The notes beneath the pieces are model-generated. The model did not search any database, was not told the origin of the DNA, and was given only the letters and a program-made list of their open reading frames with translations. A stretch of DNA of 64,000 nt. It comes from an uncultured Acidobacteriota bacterium. GTDB taxonomy: Bacteria > Acidobacteriota > UBA6911. The translations under genes and the position numbers were made by a program. Below, in pieces: positions 10,014 to 18,560 of the stretch. Where the stretch lies: the NCBI GenBank assembly GCA_963761825.1, contig CAVXIH010000009.1:542632-606631 (forward strand). Direction: 5' to 3'. Numbering within the stretch: the first letter of the stretch is position 1; every line of letters begins with the position of its first letter.

Positions 10014-12620
10014 TTATTTCTTCGATGACGCCAGCACAGATAGCTTTACGGCACTGACTTTGCGATACACATCGTGTGGCGCTTTGATTTGTCCATCCAC
10101 AGTCAACAGATCCTGTACGCGAATGCCGAACAGGCGCTCATTCTCGGCCAGGTACGGATGGATCAGCCTCCAGTCCTTGTCGGAGATCTCGGAGAAAACG
10201 CCTCCGTTCAGCTGTCTCTCGACCACCTGGCGATGAGGATCCCGGATGTAAATTGCGCCGCCGCTGGCCAGAGAAAACAGGTTACTGCCCGGATAGGGTT
10301 TCGGCTGGGGAATGATCCGGCCGCACCCGTCAAATTCCATGCCGTTCAACACAACAAATCCTCCGCCTGCCAGCGGGTCGCCGGCCATGAAGGATTCCGC
10401 CAGAAAATCCAGGCAGGTGCCGTTGATAACGACGCGCGGCCGGCCTACGGCGTTGATCAGCGGCCGGCCCGCCGCGTTGCCGCGAACATACACCTCGCCG
10501 CCCTTGGCGCCATACATGAATGTCTGACCGACATCGCCATAGATGACGAGTTTGCCGCTCTTAGCGATCTGAGCGACCTGGTCCTGCGCATTGCCGTGAA
10601 CGTTGATGTGCAGGCCATCCATGCCGCTGGCGGTGTAATCCCCGTCGGACCCATATAAATCGAGGCGAACATCGCCGGTATCGGGACCGAGCCCGGCGCC
10701 GTGGAATCGCTGCCCTCGCAGGCGATAGACAATGAAACGTCTCCAGCCCGCCCGGTAGGCTTTGCGTAAAAGGACTGCATCGCAATCGTCTCCTTCCGGG
10801 GGAAAACCCTGGGCGTCGACTACCAGGATTTCTTCACCGGCGCGCGGCGCGGCGATGCGATCTCGAGTCGCCCAATCGATACGCCGCCAGAAGCGGGTCG
10901 CCGGCTCCCCGAATAGAGGCGCACTGTCAAAAAGAGTGTCGAGCATTTTTTCAAAAACCCAGACTGCCGTCGCACGGCGCTTATCGCCGGTGAAGAAATG
11001 CTGGTCGTGGAGTTTTGTCAGCACTTCGATGGCGGTGGCCCTGGATTTGGTATTGTCCGCGCCCTGGACAACCAGGCGGCAGAAACGCATCAAATCCCCC
11101 GGAGACCAGGACGGCAGATCCAGCACATAGGTGAACAGGGCGTTCACATTTCCTTTTTGCAGCCACTGATTCACCAATTCCCTCAAGGCATCCGGCGCAT
11201 CCTTCTTCGCCATTGCTTCTTCCGGCGCATCGCACCGAACGGAACCGCCGTCCAGCGTCACTTCATGGCCAAACTTGTTCGTGCATGCCAGAGTCTTCTT
11301 GCCATCCTGATCGGAATCGACGGTGAAGATGAAGGCACCGCCGTCTGAACTGGATCCGCCGCGGGCATTCCAATACTTGTCCGCTATGGGGCAGAACCGC
11401 ATATCCTCGCGGGCGAGGCTGCGCAGGGTAGCGTCGATCGCCTGCTTTTCAGAGCAGATCAAACCGATTTGGACATCGCCGTTGTCGGAAAGCGCAAAGA
11501 CCTGCGGCCGGAGCATAGCGGTATCTGTGATGCCCAGCAGCTGAACTCTCTTTTTGTCAGGCTGACTGCGGGCAATGATGAAGAACCATGGTCCGTCGGG
11601 CGATGCGTGAATATGCGTCGCCTGTATCTGACGGTAGATGACCTGCTTCTCCTGCGGCAACTGGTCGAAATCCAGTTCTGTGGTGGGAGCCAGCGCTTCG
11701 ATGATGTACTCCAGGGGATACTTGTAAACACGGTCCCACAGATCGAACAGCTGGACCGAGACCTCGGTGTCGGTCAGGAACTGCTGGCGGATATTTCGCT
11801 GCCGCAGATATTCGCAGACTGAATAGTAGTTTGCAAAATCCCCGTTGTGTACCAGAGCCTCGTTCACTCCCACAAACGGATGCGCACCCCCGGGATGCCA
11901 CACCCGCCCCTTGGTCGGATAGCGCTGATGCGCGATCCAGGCATGAGCTTTAAAATCCTGGAGCTGGTAATACTCGACATTCTGTTCGGCATAGCCGACC
12001 AGTTTAAAGACCAGGAGATCTCTTCCGTGCGAAAGGACGAAGGCGCGCTTATCGCCGAGCGAGGCGTAGTAGGCGTCATTGAGCCGGTAGGAATTTCGAT
12101 AGATGAATTCATCTTCGAGATCCCGGGCAGAAAGGCTTTCAAGTCCGGTCTCTGCGGCAAAGGATTTCAAAACACCGGGTTTTGTGCGCACCACATACCG
12201 GTGCACATCGGGCGGGCGGACCTCGAGTCCGGGGATATCGCGATAGTCGTCAATATGGGACTGACGCGTAGACAGGACCACTTCAAAGTTCGGCAGGATG
12301 TACTGGCGCTCGAGTTCGGCGTGGCAGGAAGAATCCAGCAGAGCGATTTGAAGGAGATAATAATCATCGAGGATCTCGCGCGAAACTCCCATCTGCTCCG
12401 GAGTCAGGCCGACAGCCGCAATGCCGCCCCCTTTGCCGTTTCCGCGATTCTGCATCTGGACTGAGGGTTCGTAGATAAACCTCCCTGCCAGAGGCACGGT
12501 GCAGGCAAAGCCCGTCACGCCGCAGCCACCTTCTTCCGCCGATTTCGACAGGGAGAGCGGCTCCGGCCGGGAATATATCTGGGATCGCGTCGCCAGCAAT
12601 TTTTCAGCAATTTCGTTCAC
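10014..12620 (-). CDS. glutamate-synthase-like GltB1 (class II glutamine amidotransferase) fused to GltB3 (GXGXG beta-helix domain)
   Basis: N-terminal GGCGVTGF places the Ntn Cys right after the leader. C-terminal tandem GXGXG repeats (HINVHGNAQDQVAQIAKSGKLVIYGDVGQTF...YVRGNAGRP...VINGT). 868 aa, intact. Confidence 0.75.
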   Translation of the reverse strand: MNEIAEKLLATRSQIYSRPEPLSLSKSAEEGGCGVTGFACTVPLAGRFIYEPSVQMQNRGNGKGGGIAAVGLTPEQMGVSREILDDYYLLQIALLDSSCHAELERQYILPNFEVVLSTRQSHIDDYRDIPGLEVRPPDVHRYVVRTKPGVLKSFAAETGLESLSARDLEDEFIYRNSYRLNDAYYASLGDKRAFVLSHGRDLLVFKLVGYAEQNVEYYQLQDFKAHAWIAHQRYPTKGRVWHPGGAHPFVGVNEALVHNGDFANYYSVCEYLRQRNIRQQFLTDTEVSVQLFDLWDRVYKYPLEYIIEALAPTTELDFDQLPQEKQVIYRQIQATHIHASPDGPWFFIIARSQPDKKRVQLLGITDTAMLRPQVFALSDNGDVQIGLICSEKQAIDATLRSLAREDMRFCPIADKYWNARGGSSSDGGAFIFTVDSDQDGKKTLACTNKFGHEVTLDGGSVRCDAPEEAMAKKDAPDALRELVNQWLQKGNVNALFTYVLDLPSWSPGDLMRFCRLVVQGADNTKSRATAIEVLTKLHDQHFFTGDKRRATAVWVFEKMLDTLFDSAPLFGEPATRFWRRIDWATRDRIAAPRAGEEILVVDAQGFPPEGDDCDAVLLRKAYRAGWRRFIVYRLRGQRFHGAGLGPDTGDVRLDLYGSDGDYTASGMDGLHINVHGNAQDQVAQIAKSGKLVIYGDVGQTFMYGAKGGEVYVRGNAAGRPLINAVGRPRVVINGTCLDFLAESFMAGDPLAGGGFVVLNGMEFDGCGRIIPQPKPYPGSNLFSLASGGAIYIRDPHRQVVERQLNGGVFSEISDKDWRLIHPYLAENERLFGIRVQDLLTVDGQIKAPHDVYRKVSAVKLSVLASSKK

Positions 12621-12738
12621 TTCCCCAACTCCTTCTATTCATTCTTCCCTGGGAGCACCCTGGGAGCGCCGCCGTCTCGGCGGCAGAGCAGAATGCCGGC
12701 GAGGACGCCGGCGCTCCCAGGAATTCAACCCAAGCCGT

Positions 12739-14325
12739 CTACTTCATGTAGCACAAAACGTCGGTGCGGCCGCGCAGGTCGCGGATCGAAGTCATTCCCA
12801 GCTTCCTCAATACATCAAGCATCTGTTCGTGCCATGCATTCTGGAGATTGATCAGTCTCTGCGTCGCCCAATCCAGGCTCATAAGCTCTATCAATTCGGT
12901 ATCCGTGGAAGCGATTCCTCTCGGGCACCCTCTGCCGCTTTCGCAGGAGGCGCAGCGAACGCAGCCGAGCGCGACCATTTCGGCCGTGCCGATCACGACG
13001 CCATCGGCGCCCAGGGCGATGGCTTTCAGCGCGTCGTAGGCCGTGCGGATCCCGCCCGATGCAATCAGCGTAATTTTGTCGCGAATGCCTTCGGCACATA
13101 GGAACTTGTGAACCTTGGGCACGGCGTACTCGATGGGCATGGCGATGTTCTTCTTGGCGATATCCGGCGCAGCGCCCGTGCCTCCGTAGCTTCCGTCCAG
13201 GTGCACGATGTGCGCGCCGGCGTAATAGCTGCCTACCGCCACCATGTCTACATCCGTCGGCGTCGAAACCTTCACGCTGACGAGGCAGTGCGGATTTACC
13301 TCTTTAATCCAATCGAGGTGCTTCTTGTGGTCTTCCACGCTGTAGACGCTGTGAAACGGGAAAGGGCTGAACAGGGCGTTCCCCGGTACCGCGCCCCGCA
13401 TGCGCGCAACGGCGGGGGTGTTTTTGTCGCCAAGGAGATGCCCGCCCAGGCCGGGTTTCGCACCCTGCGCATACTTAAACTCGACGATTCTCACGCGCTG
13501 GATGGTTTCTTCGCGCACCCCGAACAGACCCGTCGCCACCTGCGTAATCATGTGGTCATCGTAGGGTTTGAGTCGGTCGGGATAGCCTCCCTCGCCCGTG
13601 CAGCTGAAGCTGTTCCAGGCTGCGGCCGCGCGAGCCTTGGCCAGGATCGTGTGGATGCTTACAGAACCAAAACTCATTCCGCCGCCGTATACCGGGATAT
13701 CGATATGGACCTGGGGCCGCCCGTCTGCGCGGCGATTGAGATCCAGGCTCGTGTCGATTTCCACCGGGGTTGCGTTTCTGAGTCCCCTCTTTTTTTCAGC
13801 AACCACGCTCTGCGATGTGGTATCGAACTCAGGCACTTCGAATTTGAACCGGATCCTGTCAAAGCCTCCGCCCGAATCGCCGCGGCGGTATTCCAGGTGC
13901 GGCGGAGGGATATGCCCCGTCTCGGCTTCATGCCAGGTAGAAAGGATCAGATCCCCGGTCCAGCGCGGATCGCCAAGGCACTCCACGTTGGGATTCAGCC
14001 GCAGCACCAGCGCCTTCGTGGGGCACTGGCTGATGCAGTAATGGTCGGTTTTAGCGCACGCAGGCCCGATGCAAAGATGGTCTTGCGGCCGGAGCATATA
14101 GGTGTAGCCTTCCGGCTTGACGTGCACACCCTGAGGGCAAAGTTCGGCGCAGCGCCCGCATGCGATGCAGCTCGCCAGACGGGTGACCTTGTATTTGCCT
14201 ATGGCATTGCGATATCGCTCGGGGACCGGGCGAACTTCCCGGCTGATGGTTTCCTGCGGCTCATCGCTGTGCCCGGGAGTCTTTTGAACCTCGAGGGGAA
14301 CATTCACTTCGGCAATGGTTGTCAT
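12739..14325 (-). CDS. glutamate-synthase domain-2 (GltB2, FMN-binding) family protein with N-terminal Fe-S cluster domain
   Basis: CIACGRCAELCP and CISQCP ferredoxin motifs. GltS FMN/3Fe-4S region signature LDGSYGGTGAAP and ASGGIRT. 528 aa, intact. Confidence 0.75.
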   Translation of the reverse strand: MTTIAEVNVPLEVQKTPGHSDEPQETISREVRPVPERYRNAIGKYKVTRLASCIACGRCAELCPQGVHVKPEGYTYMLRPQDHLCIGPACAKTDHYCISQCPTKALVLRLNPNVECLGDPRWTGDLILSTWHEAETGHIPPPHLEYRRGDSGGGFDRIRFKFEVPEFDTTSQSVVAEKKRGLRNATPVEIDTSLDLNRRADGRPQVHIDIPVYGGGMSFGSVSIHTILAKARAAAAWNSFSCTGEGGYPDRLKPYDDHMITQVATGLFGVREETIQRVRIVEFKYAQGAKPGLGGHLLGDKNTPAVARMRGAVPGNALFSPFPFHSVYSVEDHKKHLDWIKEVNPHCLVSVKVSTPTDVDMVAVGSYYAGAHIVHLDGSYGGTGAAPDIAKKNIAMPIEYAVPKVHKFLCAEGIRDKITLIASGGIRTAYDALKAIALGADGVVIGTAEMVALGCVRCASCESGRGCPRGIASTDTELIELMSLDWATQRLINLQNAWHEQMLDVLRKLGMTSIRDLRGRTDVLCYMK

Positions 14326-15779
14326 GCTATTTCCTGTTTCAATGGCATCGGAGCCAAATCACCGAATGCCTCTTTCTCAATCTCTTCCATGAAAATGGCG
14401 CGTCCCATCTCGCCGCGCAGCCTGCGGACTTCGCGGATGCCCATGGCACCGAGCACTTCAATCAGCTGGCTGTGCCATGCGCCCATAAGATTGACCATGC
14501 GCCGTGCGGCATACGCGCTGTCCTGCAGGCCAATCTCGGCGGGACAGGCGCAGGATGGAGGCTCGGGGTTCCGTGCGCCGCCGTCGATATTCAGCGTGTG
14601 GGCGTTGCGGCAGACGCGACAGCCGAGAGCCACCAGCAACGCGGTATCCACGGCGACCAAGTCGGCGCCGCAAATAATCGCTTTGGCCATGTGCTCGGCC
14701 AGGGCGATGCCTCCGGATATGATCAGCGTAAGTTCATCCCGGCATCCTTCATTCACCAGACGCCCGTGAATGTCGCGCAGTACATCTTTAATGTGCCGGC
14801 CCGGCAATCCGGGCCCTGTCCGCTCACAGCCATGCTGATCCGCGCAGAGGTGAAACACTTTCATTCCCTGCTGCGACAGTTCGAGGATGCGGTCTGCCGT
14901 CGACGGGCTTAGCGTCAGGCGGACCGAAAGGATCGCCTGCGGTTTCCGGGCGCGAATCGTTTTCGCCATTTCCAGCAAATCCGGGCCGTCGACAAGTTGC
15001 GCCATAGTCTGAATCATGTCGCAGAGTGTCCCGTCGCCGCGAAGATCGTCGCCGCTGAAAATGGGCGCAACATGGGGCAGCAGGTCCTGCGGAAGTTTTG
15101 CCGCATCGCGCGCCCACACCATGGCCAGGGTCTTCAATTCTTTGGCCGCGCTTACACGAGCCCGCGCGATCCTGATCTGGCGCACCGGCCAGGCAGGGAC
15201 ATCCAAGATGGCAGGAATCGGGAGTTCCAGGAGGTTGGAGGGCTCCGTGCGCATCTTGCCATCGGCCGTGAAGCTCAAGCGCATCGGCTTGAGGCCTACA
15301 TCCACGGAAGTGGAGATGTACTCGCGCCCGTGGATTCCGTCGCGCGTCGGGCGGACAATTTCCGACATATCCGTCCAGATAGAATCGAAGCCGGGGCCGT
15401 GGAACATGCCGCGATAGCCCGCGCCGGACACGGGGATTTTGCCCGAATCCGCCTGGTTCCATGTGCTGAAGATAATATCCGGCTTCCAGTAATCGTCTCC
15501 CATATCCAGGAACTCCGGATTGGCCGACAGGCTCAGCAATCCTTTCGTGCAGCCCTGGACGCAGGAGAAGCAGGCCTTGCATTCATACAGCGTCTGCATG
15601 GATGCCTGCGGACTGCGGTTATGAGCGGACTCGTGTTGATACACGTCGTAGCAGCAGCGGGGCTTGACGCAATTGGTGCAGCGCGAGCAGTCCTCGCGCC
15701 AGTCGATGCCGCCGAATTTCCCGATTCGGTGAAACTGTCCCGGAGTTGTCGTGGTGTGAATGTGATAACGGTCTGGCAT
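14322..15779 (-). CDS. divergent GltB2-like (glutamate synthase domain-2 family) Fe-S protein, paralog of 12739-14325
   Basis: N-terminal Cys clusters (CSRCTNCVKPRCC, CKACFSCVQGC). C-terminal ISGGIALAEHMAKAIICGADLVAVDTALLVALGC aligns with the paralog, but the GGTGA FMN motif is replaced by QHGCERTG. Confidence 0.6.
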   Translation of the reverse strand: MPDRYHIHTTTTPGQFHRIGKFGGIDWREDCSRCTNCVKPRCCYDVYQHESAHNRSPQASMQTLYECKACFSCVQGCTKGLLSLSANPEFLDMGDDYWKPDIIFSTWNQADSGKIPVSGAGYRGMFHGPGFDSIWTDMSEIVRPTRDGIHGREYISTSVDVGLKPMRLSFTADGKMRTEPSNLLELPIPAILDVPAWPVRQIRIARARVSAAKELKTLAMVWARDAAKLPQDLLPHVAPIFSGDDLRGDGTLCDMIQTMAQLVDGPDLLEMAKTIRARKPQAILSVRLTLSPSTADRILELSQQGMKVFHLCADQHGCERTGPGLPGRHIKDVLRDIHGRLVNEGCRDELTLIISGGIALAEHMAKAIICGADLVAVDTALLVALGCRVCRNAHTLNIDGGARNPEPPSCACPAEIGLQDSAYAARRMVNLMGAWHSQLIEVLGAMGIREVRRLRGEMGRAIFMEEIEKEAFGDLAPMPLKQEIA

Positions 15780-15858
15780 TTTATGTCTCTTCAGATTAGC
15801 TTTTTGCCGCTGATTTCGCAGATTTCACCAAGCGGATTGATGAAATCTGTTTGTGTTC

Positions 15859-16770
15859 TTAACAAAGTTTTGCGCGCTTGATGACCTCGCCGGCCAGCGA
15901 CTCGCAGCCGCCGCAAAGCACATGAATTCCCCGCACCCCGGGCATATCCTTTAAACTGCCGGCGATTTCCGCTGCGATCGCCACTCCCTCGCTGGCAGGG
16001 TCGGCAGCGTTGGCCATGCGATCGACAACGCTGTCGTCGATCGGCCCGTAGGTTGGATACCGCTGCAGTTTTTGGGCCTGCTCCACGCTGCACAAGGGGC
16101 AGGACGCTTGGAATGATGGCCGTACGCTTGTCCAGGCCTGCCGCACGCACGGCATCCAGCCATTCCGAAAAACCGTTCAGGTTAAACACCGCCTGAGTCA
16201 GCAGAAAGTCCGCTCCGACAACAATCTTTTTTCTCAGACGAAGGAGATTCAGTTCCATGGGACGCATGTACGGGTGTGCGGTTGCTCCGATCTGCAGATT
16301 CAGCTTGGGCTCAAGCTCTTTGCCGTTCAGCCCCGAGCCATAGAGCACTATCTTCTTCATGGCCTGAGTGAATTGGACGGAGTCGAAATCGTTGGCAGCG
16401 GAAGCCTGTGGGCAGACGCCGAGCGACTGATGATTTCCGGTCACGCAAAGGATGGCGGCAATATTGAGCGCCGCTGCGCCTAGAGCGTCGCTCATCAGCG
16501 CAATCCGGTTGCGGTCGCGCGTTGCCATCGTCAGGATGACGCTCGCCGTATCGCCTTGCTCAGAAGAATCGCTGCAGAAAAAGCTGAACCGCGAATTCTG
16601 TCGGGATTGTCCGCCACGACTACGGCATCCAGCTCCGGCGGCAGCACGGAGGATAGAGCTCGGATAGCCCCGGCATCGGAACCCAACGGGGGCAGGCATT
16701 CTGCCGTCACAACCAGGCGACCCGAATTTAATGCTTTAGCCAGCTTATTCATCGCAATCGTCCTCGCCAA
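15859..16770 (-). CDS. metF: 5,10-methylenetetrahydrofolate reductase MetF, disrupted by 2 frameshifts
   Basis: N-terminal piece 16531-16770 (LVVTAECLPP), middle piece in the 15791-16699 frame (IALMSDALGAAALNIAAILCVTGNHQ), and C-terminal piece 15859-16155 (GVRGIHVL). All align to the paralog at 49138-50057. Confidence 0.7.
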
Positions 16771-17332
16771 AGGCTGTGTTTTTCCCGGAAAAGCCTCCGG
16801 TCTGCATAGCTGGAAAAGGCAACTGCAAAGGATTTGGGGGATTAGCCCGAAGAGCCTGAATCACCTGATCGCGAATGGCGGCGACCTGGGCTTCCAGCGG
16901 ATCGGAACGATTTTTGCCGGCATCTTCGCCCGTTGCCAGTGCCAGATCTTCCATCGCAGAGCCCGGAAGATAGGAGAGCAGCAAACGCTCGTCACCGAGG
17001 CCGATTTCCTTCAGGATCGACCGAATATAGTCTACGCGCAGCGCGCATCTACGGCTCCCTTCGATATAGTGGCAGTTGTCATCCTGGCATGCGATAACCG
17101 ACACCACGCTGGAGCCGGTTTCAAATGCCTTCAGAACATGTTCAGGCTGCAGCCGCCCTGTGCAGGGAACGATGACTTGCCGGACCGTGCCGGGCAAGTG
17201 CAGGTCCGGGACCACGGGCCGAGCCCGCTTGGCGGAAGTCGTCTCCTTGGGTGGACGCGCGCAATTGGCACATACGAATACCGTAACTCCGGCAGTATTT
17301 TGTGTTGTTTCCACTTCTTGCCCCTCGATCAT
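16745..17332 (-). CDS. MvhD-like iron-sulfur protein (second MvhD-family gene in this operon)
   Basis: VFVCANCA...VPCTGRLQPEHVLKAFETG...VIACQDDNCHYIEG...LKEIGLGDERL. Confidence 0.65.
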   Translation of the reverse strand: MIEGQEVETTQNTAGVTVFVCANCARPPKETTSAKRARPVVPDLHLPGTVRQVIVPCTGRLQPEHVLKAFETGSSVVSVIACQDDNCHYIEGSRRCALRVDYIRSILKEIGLGDERLLLSYLPGSAMEDLALATGEDAGKNRSDPLEAQVAAIRDQVIQALRANPPNPLQLPFPAMQTGGFSGKNTAFGEDDCDE

Positions 17333-17550
17333 TTCTCTCCCCGGCCGATTTCAGTTGGATCCGCAAGGGCGGCATCGGCAGAAACAGCAGAAACGTTGTT
17401 CACGACCGGGTGTGTGCAAAACTCTTCGCACTGAATAACCTCAAGCTGGGGGATTCTTTTCAGTACGCAGGCCTGGTAATGATCGCAGGTCTCGCAAATA
17501 CCGGAATACTTGACCGCATTAGCCATGGCATCCATCCTTTCATCTTGCAT
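17329..17550 (-). CDS. small Cys-rich hypothetical protein (CxxC..C / CxxxC), first gene of the operon
   Basis: GICETCDHYQAC...CEEFC. Probable true start is the internal ATG at about 17535 (MDAMANAV), which has a GAAAGGA RBS. Confidence 0.4.
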   Translation of the reverse strand: MQDERMDAMANAVKYSGICETCDHYQACVLKRIPQLEVIQCEEFCTHPVVNNVSAVSADAALADPTEIGRGEK

Positions 17551-17570
17551 AACTTCCGCAACTTTACCTT

Positions 17571-17588
17571 AGCAAAGGACATGCCAAT
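17571..17588 (-). promoter_or_regulatory. sigma-54 (RpoN) -24/-12 promoter
   Basis: Minus-strand read is TTGGCATGtcctTTGCT. It matches consensus TGGCAC-N5-TTGCW with correct spacing, about 20-45 nt upstream of the first ORF. Confidence 0.65.
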
Positions 17589-17736
17589 ATCAGGGCAGCA
17601 GGAAATTAAATATTCCACCCATTAAATTCAATATCTTGGAATAATCATGAAATCAATTATCGATTAGCCTCACCCCAAACCAAACCCTCCATGGTCTATT
17701 TTATGTACCACTCCGAAAACTTTTTATACCATTTTC

Positions 17737-17763
17737 GGTGACAGTCACCATAACCTCGAAATT
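17737..17763 (+). repeat. REP element, 5' flank of the RAYT gene
   Basis: Exact 27-nt ggtgacagtcaccataacctcgaaatt. Confidence 0.75.
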
Positions 17764-17804
17764 ATTTTTGAAATAAAAAGCGAAGTTGCGAAACATTATA
17801 GATT

Positions 17805-18494
17805 ATGCCGAGACTTCAAAGAGTTGTCATCCCTGGACGCCCGCATCACGTTACTCAGCGCGGCAATCATCGCCAAAGAGTGTTTTTTTCTGATAGGGAC
17901 TATGAAACCTACCTGACCCTTATGCGCAAGTATTTCCGGAAATATGGAGTAGATTTGGCTGGCTACTCGCTGATGCCCAATCATGTCCACCAGGCGGCTA
18001 TACCAGCTCTGGAAAACTCTCTAGCTAAAGGAGTTGGGCTGCTACATAACGATTTCTCGAGGTGGCAGCAGATCCAGCGGGATCAGACTGGGCATCTCTG
18101 GCAAAACAGGTTCTTTTCAAATCCGATGGATGATTCCTATTTTTGGATGGCGCTGCGCTATATTGAGCTCAATCCAGTGCGGGCCGGATTGGTGCGGAAC
18201 GCTTGGGATTGGCCATGGTCCAGCGCCCGCGCCCATGTTACAGGTATGGATGAAACCGGGATGCTGAACATGGAGCTATGGGGAAAGTATTTCGACAAAA
18301 TCCGATGGAAGGAATTCCTCTTGGAGGGATTGAATAAAACTGATGAGATAGATCTTATACGCGTGGCGAACAGAACAGGACGTCCCATTGGCAGTGAGGA
18401 TTTTATTCGGAGCCTGGAAAAGATGACAGGGCGGTCGCTTTTTCCGAAAAAAAGAGGGCCAAAACCCAGATTGGGCAAAAAACTATCCCAGTAA
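17805..18494 (+). mobile_element. REP-associated tyrosine transposase (RAYT; IS200/IS605 TnpA-like Y1 HUH transposase)
   Basis: PRLQRVVIPGRPHHVTQRGNHRQRVFF N-terminus, HUH motif PNHVHQAA, flanked by inverted REP units. 229 aa, intact. Confidence 0.8.
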
Positions 18495-18524
18495 TTTCGA
18501 GGTTATGGCGCCTGTCACCGAAAT
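18493..18524 (-). repeat. REP element, 3' flank of the RAYT gene (inverted)
   Basis: aatttcgaggttatggcgcctgtcaccgaaat followed by accaccaggcgga, the same spacer as at 1930-1947. It is the 1925-1974 module in reverse complement with a gtcac to gcgcc variant. Confidence 0.7.
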
Positions 18525-18560
18525 ACCACCAGGCGGAATTTGAGAGGGGGTTAGAGGAGG

